DNA of 64,000 nucleotides, taken from contig JAQGDQ010002385.1 in the NCBI GenBank assembly GCA_030141605.1, positions 124,001-188,000 of the forward strand, in the 5' to 3' direction. The DNA is from Tubiluchus corallicola. Its lineage: Eukaryota; Animalia; Priapulida. Positions 9,893 to 20,181 of this stretch are shown piece after piece. The position numbers and the translations under genes were made by a program. Numbering within the stretch: position 1 is the first letter of the stretch; every line of letters begins with the position of its first letter. Below the pieces are notes generated by a model, which saw nothing but the letters and a program-made list of their open reading frames with translations, was not told the DNA's origin and ran no database searches.

Positions 9893-11066
9893 TCACTCAG
9901 ATATCATTCCCACACACGCGAATGGTCTTTTATTAATCGATCTGGAGGCCATCGCCCATAATTGGCGTCTGCTTAACAAAAAAACAGGCGAGGCGCACTG
10001 TAGTGCCGTCGTGAAAGCAAACGCCTATGGTCTTGGTATGGAGCCTATAAGCCAACAACTCGCAAAAACAGGATGCAGAACTTTCTTTGTCGCCTTTCCA
10101 GAAGAAGGGATCGCCCTGAGAAATATCCTCCAAAAGGCAAACTACCCAACACTCCCTATCTATATTCTCTCCGGTCTATGGAAAGGCGCAGAGGAAATTT
10201 TCCAGCACTATAACCTCTCTCCCGTTCTCAATAGCATGGAAATGATCGCTCTTTGGAAAAACTACAGCCAGAAAATTCCCTTCCCACCAAACGCCGCCAT
10301 ACAAATCGATACAGGAATGAATCGCTTGGGCCTCTCTCTTCAGGAAGCAGAATCCCTCCTGAAAGAAAAGAACATCCTTAAAACATTCCCCGTGAGCCTG
10401 ATTCTTTCGCACCTCGCGTGCGCCGACGATCCCACTCATCCCCTTAACAAAAAACAATTACAGAAATTTCATAAAATCATAGAAAACACAACCCCTAAAA
10501 ATAAACAAACTCCTCTCTTTTCCCTCGCGAACTCCAGCGGAATCTTTCTAGGAAAAGAATGGCATTTCAATATGGCAAGACCTGGAATCGCCCTTTATGG
10601 CGGAAGCCCTCAAAGCAGAAAGCCTGCCCACAGCTTCTCACTAAAATCCCCCGTTCGACTCATTGCTCGAATCTTACAAATCCACACCACACGCCATAAA
10701 GAAACGGTCGGATACGGCGCGACATGGAAAAGCCTAGGCCCCCGAAAACTCGCAACCGTCGCCGCAGGATACGCAGATGGCTACCTACGCGCCCTTAGCA
10801 ATCTATCTCATATTTCCATCGCAGGGCAATGCGTCCCCGTTGTCGGAAGAGTCTCTATGGACGCCATTATCGCAGATATTACAGAAATACCAGACGCAAA
10901 ATTAGCAGGTGCTATCACAGCGGAAATACTCTCGCCAACCACGCCCCATACCATTGATAACCTCGCGCATAGCGGGCAAACAATCAGTTACGAAATCCTA
11001 ACTGCCCTTGGACAGCGATACCATAGATTTTGCTATAACGAAACAAAGGAAGCCGCCAATGATTAA
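9873..11066 (+). CDS. alr: Alanine racemase
   Basis: VVKANAYGLG (PLP lysine), IDTGMNRLG, SHLACAD, GYADG and GRVSMD. Start uncertain (ATG 9864 or 9873, overlapping the dnaB end). Confidence 0.95.
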   Translation: MKDIFINHSDIIPTHANGLLLIDLEAIAHNWRLLNKKTGEAHCSAVVKANAYGLGMEPISQQLAKTGCRTFFVAFPEEGIALRNILQKANYPTLPIYILSGLWKGAEEIFQHYNLSPVLNSMEMIALWKNYSQKIPFPPNAAIQIDTGMNRLGLSLQEAESLLKEKNILKTFPVSLILSHLACADDPTHPLNKKQLQKFHKIIENTTPKNKQTPLFSLANSSGIFLGKEWHFNMARPGIALYGGSPQSRKPAHSFSLKSPVRLIARILQIHTTRHKETVGYGATWKSLGPRKLATVAAGYADGYLRALSNLSHISIAGQCVPVVGRVSMDAIIADITEIPDAKLAGAITAEILSPTTPHTIDNLAHSGQTISYEILTALGQRYHRFCYNETKEAAND

Positions 11067-11835
11067 CTTCTTTAGACAACCTGGAAAGATGACCCTCTCC
11101 TTCCTTAGAACACTCGGGCAGCTCACAACATTCGCGTCCGTCGGACTCGCCCATACAGTCCGTCCTCCCTTTTACCTGCGAATGACAATACGACAAATGA
11201 TCGAAATTGGATTCTACTCCCTTCCCGTCGTCGGAATGACCGCCATCTTTACCGGTATGGTTCTCGCTCTCCAAAGCTATACAGGATTCGGCTCCATAGA
11301 ATCCGCCGTCGCGCAAATCGTCGTCCTCTCCATTACAAGAGAGCTCGGACCTGTCCTCGCTGGGCTTATGGTCGCAGGGAGAATCGCATCCTCAATGGCT
11401 GCAGAAATCGGAACAATGCGCGTCACAGAACAAGTCGACGCACTAACAACACTCTCCACAAACCCCATAAAATACCTCGTAACCCCCCGCATCATCGCTG
11501 GAATCATAACAATGCCGCTACTCGTCCTTGTTGCTGATATCATCGGAATACTCGGAGGATATATCGTCAGCGTCTATAAACTCGACTTCAACGCTTTAGC
11601 CTACCTGCAAAACACAAATGAATATCTTCAAGCCGCAGATATCATCTCAGGGCTCATTAAAGCCGCAATCTTCGGATTCATCATAACATTATGCGGATGT
11701 TACTACGGATTCCACTCAAGCGGCGGCGCAAAAGGCGTCGGCAACGCAACAACAAATGCTGTCGTCTCAGCATGCATCATTATACTCTGCACAAACTACC
11801 TGCTGACAGAACTCTTCTTCACCATCGGCTACTAA
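11059..11835 (+). CDS. mlaE: MlaE-family ABC permease
   Basis: RELGPVLAGLMVAGR, AEIGTMRVTEQVDAL and GAKGVGNATT. ATG 11059 follows an AAGGA RBS. Confidence 0.95.
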   Translation: MINFFRQPGKMTLSFLRTLGQLTTFASVGLAHTVRPPFYLRMTIRQMIEIGFYSLPVVGMTAIFTGMVLALQSYTGFGSIESAVAQIVVLSITRELGPVLAGLMVAGRIASSMAAEIGTMRVTEQVDALTTLSTNPIKYLVTPRIIAGIITMPLLVLVADIIGILGGYIVSVYKLDFNALAYLQNTNEYLQAADIISGLIKAAIFGFIITLCGCYYGFHSSGGAKGVGNATTNAVVSACIIILCTNYLLTELFFTIGY

Positions 11836-11854
11836 AATAATAAAGGAAAATATC

Positions 11855-12637
11855 ATGGAAATTATACCAAAAATAGCCGTCTCAGAGCTCCATAAATCCT
11901 TCGACTCAAAAATTGTCCTTGATGGATCAAGCCTCTCTGTCAATACTGGTGAATCTCTCGTTGTCATCGGCGGCTCGGGAACAGGAAAATCCGTCCTAAT
12001 CAAATGTATATTAGGAATACTAAACGCCGATAAAGGCAGCATAAAAATCGATGGAATAGAAACAACAAACTTAACAGAACAAAAACGAGAAAACATTAAT
12101 AAAAACTTCGGCATGCTCTTCCAAAGCGCCGCCCTCTTTGACAGCATGACCGTCTGGGAAAATGTCTCTTTTGGCGTCCGCGCTGAAAATAATATCTCAC
12201 GACGGCAAGCAAGAGATCTTGCAGCAGAAAAATTAGCCAGCGTCGGTATGGGAAAAGATGTCCTTGACCTCTATCCCGCAGAACTCTCTGGCGGTATGCA
12301 AAAGCGCGTCGGCTTGGCGCGCGCTATCGCCAATAACCCTAACATCATCTTCTTTGATGAGCCCACAACAGGACTCGACCCTATTATGGCCGACGTTATC
12401 AATAACCTTATCATACATGTTACACAAGAGGTCGGCGCAACAGCGCTTACAATCACACACGATATGGTCAGCGCAAAAAAAATCTCTACCCATATCGCCA
12501 TGCTCTACCAAGGAAAAATCATCTGGCACGGCCCTACAGAAGATATCGATAAAACGGAAAATCCCTTTGTTCAGCAATTCATACACGGAAAAGCCGACGG
12601 CCCAATTAAAACGCTCGAGAAAATAAATCCCCAATAA
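11855..12637 (+). CDS. mlaF: MlaF-family ABC ATPase
   Basis: GGSGTGKS, LFQSAALFDS, LSGGMQKRVGLARA and DEPTTGLDP; follows mlaE. Confidence 0.93.
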   Translation: MEIIPKIAVSELHKSFDSKIVLDGSSLSVNTGESLVVIGGSGTGKSVLIKCILGILNADKGSIKIDGIETTNLTEQKRENINKNFGMLFQSAALFDSMTVWENVSFGVRAENNISRRQARDLAAEKLASVGMGKDVLDLYPAELSGGMQKRVGLARAIANNPNIIFFDEPTTGLDPIMADVINNLIIHVTQEVGATALTITHDMVSAKKISTHIAMLYQGKIIWHGPTEDIDKTENPFVQQFIHGKADGPIKTLEKINPQ

Positions 12638-12683
12638 CGACATACCAAAAATTCGCCAAAAAAGCGCTTAAATACGTCACACA

Positions 12684-15245
12684 CTAATTCTCTTTCTGGC
12701 CATATAAACATTTAGGTAAATGTTTCTCTTCTTCCTCTTCCGAAAGAGCCGTCGCTTGCTCTCCGCTCGTCTTGTGGAAATCAACAAAATCCCGTACACC
12801 CTTCGCCATACAATAAAGTTTCTCTTTAACTAACGCGTTAATCGTACCTGAAGGGTAATTCCCATCCTTATCAACCTCCCCAGCTTCCACACCCGTCAAC
12901 AATTCTATTCCCTCATCAATTGTCGAAACTGCCCATACGGAGAATTTTCCCTCCCAGACAGCCTCTACAACATCGTGGCGCAACATTAAGTGGTGGCAAT
13001 TCGCTTTCGGAATAAGAACAGCATGCTTCCCATCCAATGTCCTTGATTTACAAACATCAAAAAATCCCTCTATCTTTTCATTAACGCCTCCAATTGCCTG
13101 CACACGACCATGCTGATCCACAGAACCCGTCACAGCGAAAGACTGATTGATCGGTGTAGACGATAAAGCCGACAACAAAGCATAAAGCTCCGCCGACGAG
13201 GCACTATCGCCATCAACATACCCATAAGACTGCTCAAACGTTAAACTCGCCGATAAAGCCAAAGGAAAATCCGCGGCATACCGACTCGCCAAAAAAGACG
13301 ATAAAATTAAAACTCCTTTCGAATGCAAGGCACCTCCAAGCTTAACTTCCCTCTCAATATCAATAATACTTCCCTTACCGGGACGAATTGTACAACTAAT
13401 CCGATTCGGCTGGCCAAACGCAAACTGATCCGTCTGCAAAACAGAAAGACCGTTAATCTGGCCAACGCGATCCCCCTCCGTCTCAATAACGAGAACATCA
13501 CGGCGTATCTCTTCCTGAATCAACTCACGAATACGATCAAAGCGATAGATCTTCGTACTAATCGCACGTTGAATATCATCCGCAACAACGCAATCATGAC
13601 CCTTCTCTTTCGCTAAAAAACTCGCCTCACGAATAAGATCAGCAAGATTTCTCATATGCGCTGTCAACTTTTCTGAATCATCCGCTAAACGAGACCCATA
13701 TTCAACAACACGCGCCACAGCGCCACGATTCAAAGGGAGTAATCCCTCCTGCTGAGTCACTGTCGCAAGAAAACGTGCATACAAATTACTATTCCTTTTA
13801 TCACGACGCATATGGCTGTCAAAATCCGCAACCACTTTAAAATGTTCCCGAAAATCAGGATCATATAACGATAGTGCACGATATGTCATACGATCTCCCA
13901 AAAGAATCACCTTAAAATGCGCAGGAATCGACTCCGGATCAAGCGTAACTGTATTACTTAAACCCATAATCTCAGACGGCGCCTCTATACGAATACGATC
14001 AGAATCCAAAACACGCTTCAAATTCTCCCAGGACCAAGGCTGCAATAAAAGCTTCCGGGCATCAATCACAAGATATCCTCCATTGGCTTTATGAAAAGCA
14101 CCCGGCTTAATAAGTGTAAAATCCGTTATTAAAGATCCATAAAAAGAAAGATGCTCGATACGACCAACAAGATTACTTAAGCTCGGAAAATCCTCAAAAA
14201 TAACCGGTGCGCCCAAAGCATGATCCTCACCACAAACATCAGAATCATCCGCCGATTCGCCCTCCTTAAAATAGCAGCTGTTATCAACAAAAAGATTCAC
14301 CTGATAACGACGCAACGGTGGAATCTCAACAGAATGCTCCACAGGTAAAACTGGCTTTTGCGCCTCCGCAGAAGGATCAGGAGGCAAAAAATCAGAAATG
14401 TTATTGAGAATATCCGCTCGAACATCCTCCAAATAATTCAAAATATTCTCATGATGCAACCATTTCTTACTGATATCCCCTAAAACACTGTTGATAACAC
14501 GACCTGTCGCATCTTGCTCCAGATGATGATGTTTCTCACGACGTTCCCGATCCCACGCAGGGATATGATCAAAAATCGACTTTAGCTCCTGCTCATACAC
14601 AGAAACCTTCTCATGAAATAACGTCTTCTCATCATCTGAAAATTTCTCAAATTCTTCTGGAGCAATCGGTGTATGGTCCTCCTTCTTCATCGGCGCGAAA
14701 GCAAAACCCGTCGACGTCCTAACAAGCATCACATCGTCCTTCTGAGCCTTCTTTTGAAGAGCTGAAAGCGCATGCTCCTGGCGCTGCTGAAAAATACGCT
14801 CAATCGAAGCATGCTGGCTGCGAAACTCCTCACTTTCAAATAAAGCGGGAATAACGCTCTGAAGTTCCTTGATCAAAAAAGACATATCTTGACGTAAACG
14901 AGCGCCCAACCCGGCTGGAAGCGATAAAGCCTTTGGATGGTAGGAATCTGAAAAATTATAAACATAACACCAATCCGGCGGAACCTCCTCCTGAGAAGCC
15001 TTATTCTGTAAATAGCGCATAATTAAACTATGTTTTCCAACGCCAATAGGACCAACAGCAAACAAATTATAGCCCGTATATTCCATATTCATCGCAAAAT
15101 TTACCGCCTTAACAGCACGTTCCTGACCTATAATCTCACTTAAAACATCAAGTTCTTCCGTTGTCTCAAAAGAAAAATCTTCCGGATCACACGTGCTATA
15201 AAGCTGCTCTGCCGAAATCGGTAAAAGAGGAGATTTTTTCCGCAT
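12684..15245 (-). CDS. Lon-like protease (LonC/YcbZ type: AAA-like region plus Lon protease domain)
   Basis: IIGQERA, Walker A GPIGVGKH, degenerate Walker B GGYLVIDA, catalytic dyad motifs DGDSAS and GGVNEKIEGF. Confidence 0.9.
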   Translation of the reverse strand: MRKKSPLLPISAEQLYSTCDPEDFSFETTEELDVLSEIIGQERAVKAVNFAMNMEYTGYNLFAVGPIGVGKHSLIMRYLQNKASQEEVPPDWCYVYNFSDSYHPKALSLPAGLGARLRQDMSFLIKELQSVIPALFESEEFRSQHASIERIFQQRQEHALSALQKKAQKDDVMLVRTSTGFAFAPMKKEDHTPIAPEEFEKFSDDEKTLFHEKVSVYEQELKSIFDHIPAWDRERREKHHHLEQDATGRVINSVLGDISKKWLHHENILNYLEDVRADILNNISDFLPPDPSAEAQKPVLPVEHSVEIPPLRRYQVNLFVDNSCYFKEGESADDSDVCGEDHALGAPVIFEDFPSLSNLVGRIEHLSFYGSLITDFTLIKPGAFHKANGGYLVIDARKLLLQPWSWENLKRVLDSDRIRIEAPSEIMGLSNTVTLDPESIPAHFKVILLGDRMTYRALSLYDPDFREHFKVVADFDSHMRRDKRNSNLYARFLATVTQQEGLLPLNRGAVARVVEYGSRLADDSEKLTAHMRNLADLIREASFLAKEKGHDCVVADDIQRAISTKIYRFDRIRELIQEEIRRDVLVIETEGDRVGQINGLSVLQTDQFAFGQPNRISCTIRPGKGSIIDIEREVKLGGALHSKGVLILSSFLASRYAADFPLALSASLTFEQSYGYVDGDSASSAELYALLSALSSTPINQSFAVTGSVDQHGRVQAIGGVNEKIEGFFDVCKSRTLDGKHAVLIPKANCHHLMLRHDVVEAVWEGKFSVWAVSTIDEGIELLTGVEAGEVDKDGNYPSGTINALVKEKLYCMAKGVRDFVDFHKTSGEQATALSEEEEEKHLPKCLYGQKEN

Positions 15246-15280
15246 AAAACTACCACCCTTTCAAAATTTCTCGCCTTTAA

Positions 15281-16048
15281 TCAACTCTCGCGAGACCTCC
15301 AAATCGCCCTTTGCAAGACTAACTCCAGCAGAGAAAGATCATTTGGACGCGATAAAAGATGATCCCCATCCTTAATTAAAGAAACTTCAACATTATCCCC
15401 TTTAATACGCTCCGCTATCGATAAGGAAACAGAATAAGGCACATCTCTATCGCACATACCATGCAAAAGATATACCGGTATACACAAATCAATCTGACTT
15501 TTTAATAGCAAATGATTTCGACTCTCCTCAATAAAACGTCGCGTTATGGGAAAAGGCGTTTCAAAACCATCATTAAACGATAAAAAAACAATCCCTTCCT
15601 GAATGAGTTTTTTCTTGGCGCTCTCCGTTAAACTCTCATAAATACTCTCGGAAAAATCTGGTGCCGCCGCAAGCCCTACGAAAGAAACAACGCGACTCGG
15701 GCGATTAAGCGCGCATAACAAAGACAACCATCCTCCCATACTCGAGCCCACTAAAATAAGAGGACCCGACGTTAACTCATCAATCACCGCTAAAGAATCC
15801 TCTAACCAATCCCCAAGCGATCCATCCAAGAAATCACTTGATGATTGGCCATGGCCACGACAATCAAACCTGACAAATCCTAAGCCAGCCTTTCGACAAT
15901 AACGCTCTAGCGTCAATGCCTTCTCGCCCTCCATATCCGAGCTATAACCATGCAAAAAAATAACCGTTAAACCTTCCCCTTTAATGCGATGATACGCTAT
16001 CTTCGCTCCATAAGTGGTCTGCAAAAATTCACAAGGCTTGTTTTCCAT
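15281..16048 (-). CDS. Alpha/beta hydrolase (ABHD10-like)
   Basis: FLHGYSSDMEGEKA, nucleophile elbow GSSMGG, LHGMCDRDVP and DGDHLLS. Confidence 0.88.
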   Translation of the reverse strand: MENKPCEFLQTTYGAKIAYHRIKGEGLTVIFLHGYSSDMEGEKALTLERYCRKAGLGFVRFDCRGHGQSSSDFLDGSLGDWLEDSLAVIDELTSGPLILVGSSMGGWLSLLCALNRPSRVVSFVGLAAAPDFSESIYESLTESAKKKLIQEGIVFLSFNDGFETPFPITRRFIEESRNHLLLKSQIDLCIPVYLLHGMCDRDVPYSVSLSIAERIKGDNVEVSLIKDGDHLLSRPNDLSLLELVLQRAIWRSRES

Positions 16049-16136
16049 CGACTTTCTCCTTTTATTTACTGAGCAACTCCTGTATATTCATGTATATTTA
16101 ATAGTAATGTGAAAGCTAAAAACGATCAATGCGAAA

Positions 16137-17294
16137 ATGTATCCTGAAACAATGACAATTCTGCAGATTCTTCCTTCCCTTGACGCAAAAGGAGGAGGGG
16201 TAGAACGCGGAACGCTCGAAATCACACACGCCCTCGCACAACAAGGTCATAACGCCCTTGTCGCCTCTTACGGAGGATCCTTTGTATCCGAAATAATACA
16301 GGCAGGCGGAAAACATTTCCAACTTCCCCTTCACAGCAAAAACCCATGGATAATCTATAAAAACATCACCCGAGTAAAGACTCTCATCAGCCAAAATAAA
16401 CCTCATCTGATTCATGTCCGATCCAGAGCACCCGCATGGAGCGCATACTACGCCGCAAGACAAACTAAAACACCCATGATATCAACTTTCCATGGCGCAT
16501 ACTCCTGTCAAAACGCCGCTAAAAAATACTATAATAGCATCATGACAAAAGGGCAGGTGACAATCGCGATCTCACATTTCATCGCCTCTCACCTAAAAAC
16601 AATCTATAACGTACCGGAAAACGCCATCAGAATTATTCCTCGATGCGCCGATCTAAAACGATTCAACATAGACAACATACCCCAAAAACGACTCAAAACC
16701 TTGCGGCAGCAATGGAAACTAACACAGCCATGGCCAATTCTCCTTCTGCCAGCGCGCCTAACATCATGGAAAGGCCATAAACTCCTTATCGACGCTCTAG
16801 CAAAACGAGACAATAAGAATTTCTACTGTATTTTCGCTGGCGATAGCCAAGGGCGGGAGACCTATACTAAAGAGCTGCAAAATATCATCAAAAATTACAA
16901 CTTGCAAAACCAAATATATCTCACAGGATATTGCAGCGATATACCCGCCGCCTGTAAGCTCGCCGATGTCGTCATTGTCCCTTCCACAAAACCCGAAGCT
17001 TTTGGAAGAACCGCCGTAGAAGCCCAAGCTGTCGGAACACCTGTTATCGCCTCTAATCACGGCGGAACAAAAGAAACTGTCCTCCATAAACAAACAGGAT
17101 GGCTGTTTCAACCTGGAAACGCACACGAACTTTTTCTCGCTATCGAGCAAGCCCTCAGCATAACAGAGCAGGAAAAAACACAAATGAAAAATCAATGCAT
17201 CGATCATATTGAAAAAAATTTCTCCTGCAAAAATATGTGCAAAAAAACGCTCGCCGTTTACAGAGAAATAATAAAAAACTCAACGCATTCATAA
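16137..17294 (+). CDS. GT4-family glycosyltransferase
   Basis: GGVERGT, HVRSRAPAWS, RLTSWKGH and EAFGRTAVEA (EX7E motif). Confidence 0.92.
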   Translation: MYPETMTILQILPSLDAKGGGVERGTLEITHALAQQGHNALVASYGGSFVSEIIQAGGKHFQLPLHSKNPWIIYKNITRVKTLISQNKPHLIHVRSRAPAWSAYYAARQTKTPMISTFHGAYSCQNAAKKYYNSIMTKGQVTIAISHFIASHLKTIYNVPENAIRIIPRCADLKRFNIDNIPQKRLKTLRQQWKLTQPWPILLLPARLTSWKGHKLLIDALAKRDNKNFYCIFAGDSQGRETYTKELQNIIKNYNLQNQIYLTGYCSDIPAACKLADVVIVPSTKPEAFGRTAVEAQAVGTPVIASNHGGTKETVLHKQTGWLFQPGNAHELFLAIEQALSITEQEKTQMKNQCIDHIEKNFSCKNMCKKTLAVYREIIKNSTHS

Positions 17295-17371
17295 AAAACT
17301 TGACAGAAAAAAGAAGTCAAATAAAACTTACAATATAGAATATAAACTATAAATATACTTGAGAGAATAAA

Positions 17372-19300
17372 ATGGTTGCTATTTCATTACCAGACGGAAG
17401 TCAACTTATCTTTGACTCCCCACCACAAGGGATTGATATCGCTCAGAGAATCAGCCCATCCCTAGCCAAGAATGTCGTCGCTATACGCATCGATAATATT
17501 CTTTGTGATCTAACACAAAAAATCACACAAGACGCAACCATCACCTTAATTACACGTAAAGACACAGAAATCGCCCTTGAAATTCTTCGGCACAGCACCG
17601 CTCACCTTATGGCTCAGGCTGTCAAAGAGCTCTTTCCTGATACACAAGTGGCCATCGGGCCCGCTATCGAAGATGGTTTCTATTATGACTTTTCCCCTAA
17701 AAATCCCTTCACACCCGAAAATCTTGCCGATATCGAAGAGCGCATGCGGGAAATCGTCGCACGAAAAGAAACCATAACACAGCATATCTGGAGCCGAAAA
17801 GACGCCATTGACTTCTTCCAAAAACAAAATGAGTTTTACAAAGTCGAACTCATTAACGACCTTCCTGAAGAAGACAATATCACCATCTACCAGCAAGGCG
17901 GTTTCATTGATCTCTGTCGTGGTCCTCATATGCCACATACAGGATATATTGGAACCTCTTTTAAACTGATGAGCGTTGCCGGCGCATACTGGAGAGGCGA
18001 CTCCAACCGGGAAATGCTACAACGCATCTATGGAACAGCCTGGTTTGATAAGAAAAGCTTGGATATTTACTTATACAGAATCGAAGAGGCAGAACGGCGA
18101 GATCACCGGAAAATCGGAAAAAACATGGGACTCTTCCACCTGCAGGATGTCGCCGCAGGATCTGTCTTCTGGCACGATAAAGGATGGAGGCTCTATCGTA
18201 TTGTCCAAAATTACGTGCGCGATAAACTCGAAAAAGCAGACTATATGGAAGTCAATACACCCAAGCTCGTTAATAAACTTCTTTGGGAACAATCTGGCCA
18301 CTGGGAAAAATTCCGCGAAAATATGTTTATCGCAACAAGCGAGCATGATGAACATACACTCGCCCTTAAACCCATGAACTGCCCCTGTCATGTTCAGATT
18401 TTCAAGCAAGGTTTGAAAAGCTATCGAAACCTACCTCTGCGTATGGCGGAATTCGGCAGCTGCTTCCGAAACGAACCCTCAGGCGCTCTCCACGGACTCA
18501 TGCGCGTACGAAGCTTCACGCAAGATGACGCTCATATCTTCTGCACAGAAGAGCAAATCGTCTCAGAAACAAAAGCTTTCTGCGATCTGCTTTTAAAGAT
18601 CTATAGCGATTTCGGATTCAATGATGTCATTGTTAAATTCTCAGACCGACCCGAAAAACGCGCCGGAGACGATCATACATGGGATAAAGCCGAAAGCGCT
18701 CTCTTGGAAGCCGTGCAAAAAACAAACCTGGATATTATAACAAACCCCGGAGAAGGCGCGTTCTATGGCCCTAAGCTTGAATTTGTCCTGAAAGACGCCA
18801 TCGGAAGAGATTGGCAACTCGGAACATTCCAGGTCGACTTCGTCCTACCGGAAAGACTCAACGCAAGCTACACCGGAGCAGATGGCGAAAAGTACCGCCC
18901 CGTTATGCTCCATCGTGCCATATTGGGATCCTTTGAGCGCTTCATCGGCATACTCATTGAGCATTACGCCGGAAACCTTCCTCCATGGCTCGCGCCTACA
19001 CAAGCCGTCGTGGCGACAATTACACGGGAATCAGAATCCTGGGCCACAAAAGTAACGCAGCTTCTTAAAAAACAAGGCATCAGAGTTGAAACAGACTTGC
19101 GTAACGAGAAAATCAACTATAAAGTACGAGAATATAGTTTGGCTAAAATTCCTTTCATCCTCGCTATCGGGAAAAAAGAAATGAACGAGAAAACCGTCAC
19201 TATTCGGCAACTCGGCAGCAAAGGACAAACCACTCTTGGAATAGAAGAGGCAATCGCTTTCCTGACAAAAGAAGCTCGTTCCCCTTCAGACAAGACATAA
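17372..19300 (+). CDS. thrS: Threonine--tRNA ligase
   Basis: N-terminal TGS domain, [29 protein letters not shown] and GAFYGPK. Confidence 0.98.
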   Translation: MVAISLPDGSQLIFDSPPQGIDIAQRISPSLAKNVVAIRIDNILCDLTQKITQDATITLITRKDTEIALEILRHSTAHLMAQAVKELFPDTQVAIGPAIEDGFYYDFSPKNPFTPENLADIEERMREIVARKETITQHIWSRKDAIDFFQKQNEFYKVELINDLPEEDNITIYQQGGFIDLCRGPHMPHTGYIGTSFKLMSVAGAYWRGDSNREMLQRIYGTAWFDKKSLDIYLYRIEEAERRDHRKIGKNMGLFHLQDVAAGSVFWHDKGWRLYRIVQNYVRDKLEKADYMEVNTPKLVNKLLWEQSGHWEKFRENMFIATSEHDEHTLALKPMNCPCHVQIFKQGLKSYRNLPLRMAEFGSCFRNEPSGALHGLMRVRSFTQDDAHIFCTEEQIVSETKAFCDLLLKIYSDFGFNDVIVKFSDRPEKRAGDDHTWDKAESALLEAVQKTNLDIITNPGEGAFYGPKLEFVLKDAIGRDWQLGTFQVDFVLPERLNASYTGADGEKYRPVMLHRAILGSFERFIGILIEHYAGNLPPWLAPTQAVVATITRESESWATKVTQLLKKQGIRVETDLRNEKINYKVREYSLAKIPFILAIGKKEMNEKTVTIRQLGSKGQTTLGIEEAIAFLTKEARSPSDKT

Positions 19301-19367
19301 AAAGAGAATTAAAGCCGCTACACACTAGAATTGTAACTAACTGAAAGAAAATTTATGGAGGTCCGCT

Positions 19368-19913
19368 ATAGTACGCCAACCCTTTAAAAAAGATACTGAT
19401 GACCAAGGACTCAGCATCAACGAAAATATAAAAGCAAAAGAAATCAGACTCGTGGACGCCGACGGAAATATGGTCGGCATTGTTCCTTTACAAGAAGGGC
19501 TGGAAAGAGCCTATGATAAAAATCTAGACCTTATGGTCATCTCTCCAGACGCTGATCCACCTGTCTGTAAGATCCTGGACTATGGTAAATATAAATACCA
19601 CCAGCAAAAAAAACGAAGCGAAGCACGGAAAAAACAAAAAACAATCGATGTTAAAGAAATCAAAATGCGCCCAAGCATTGATACACACGATTACGACGTC
19701 AAGCTTAAAGCCATACGCCGATTCCTTGAGGAAGGAAATAAAGTCCGTGTAACAATCCGATTCCGAGGAAGAGAAATCGCACACGATAATCTGGGAAGAG
19801 AAGTTCTCGAACGTATCTGTAGCGATATCGATTCGGAGTTGATGCGCGTCGAATCCCCTCCGAAAATCGAAGGGAGAACAATGGGAATGCTTCTAGGCCC
19901 CTCAACTTCTTAA
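19368..19913 (+). CDS. infC: Translation initiation factor IF-3 with non-canonical AUA start
   Basis: GGAGG at 19357-19361, then in-frame ATA at 19368. The extension encodes the conserved INENIKAKEIRLVD segment that is missing from the 19452 call. Confidence 0.93.
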   Translation: MVRQPFKKDTDDQGLSINENIKAKEIRLVDADGNMVGIVPLQEGLERAYDKNLDLMVISPDADPPVCKILDYGKYKYHQQKKRSEARKKQKTIDVKEIKMRPSIDTHDYDVKLKAIRRFLEEGNKVRVTIRFRGREIAHDNLGREVLERICSDIDSELMRVESPPKIEGRTMGMLLGPSTS

Positions 19914-19937
19914 AAATATAAATAAAATCTCATATAC

Positions 19938-19983
19938 GCATTTTAACCATACGTGCCCAAACAGGCATATGTGGTTAAAATGC
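19938..19983. terminator. Long (~20 bp) imperfect hairpin between infC and the convergent sRNA
   Basis: GCATTTTAACCATACGTGCC-caaaca-GGCATATGTGGTTAAAATGC. No U-tract, so a terminator or transcript-stabilising role is only inferred. Confidence 0.5.
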
Positions 19984-20001
19984 AAATAATTTAAAACAAG
20001 C

Positions 20002-20113
20002 AAAAAAAAAGCCGAGCTTTAGCTCGGCAAGTTTTAACAGGGAGGCTTCACGTCTAGGAGACGTTAGCTCTAAAAGATTTAGAGCTAGTGTCTGGGCATT
20101 GCACCCGAGACAT
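20002..20113 (-). ncRNA. Predicted trans-acting small RNA with anti-Shine-Dalgarno motifs (AbcR-like position; motif recalls the BjrC1505 class)
   Basis: Four stems on the minus strand: TGTCTcGGGTG/TGCCCAGACA, TAGCTCTAAA/TTTAGAGCTA, ACGTC-TCCTA-GACGT, and terminator GCCGAGCT/AGCTCGGC followed by U9. Single-stranded GCCUCCCUGUU. Lies directly downstream of lsrB/vtlR. Confidence 0.8.
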
Positions 20114-20181
20114 GATTAATATATAACATCACAATATTCATTTAACCATTATTGTTTTTACAACACTGGCATGCAAAAAGA

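Noticed and set aside
11052-11066. Alr C-terminus ends in AAND
   Set aside because: It is explained by overlap with the mlaE RBS and start (GCC GCC AAT GAT TAA), and lacks the rest of a tag.
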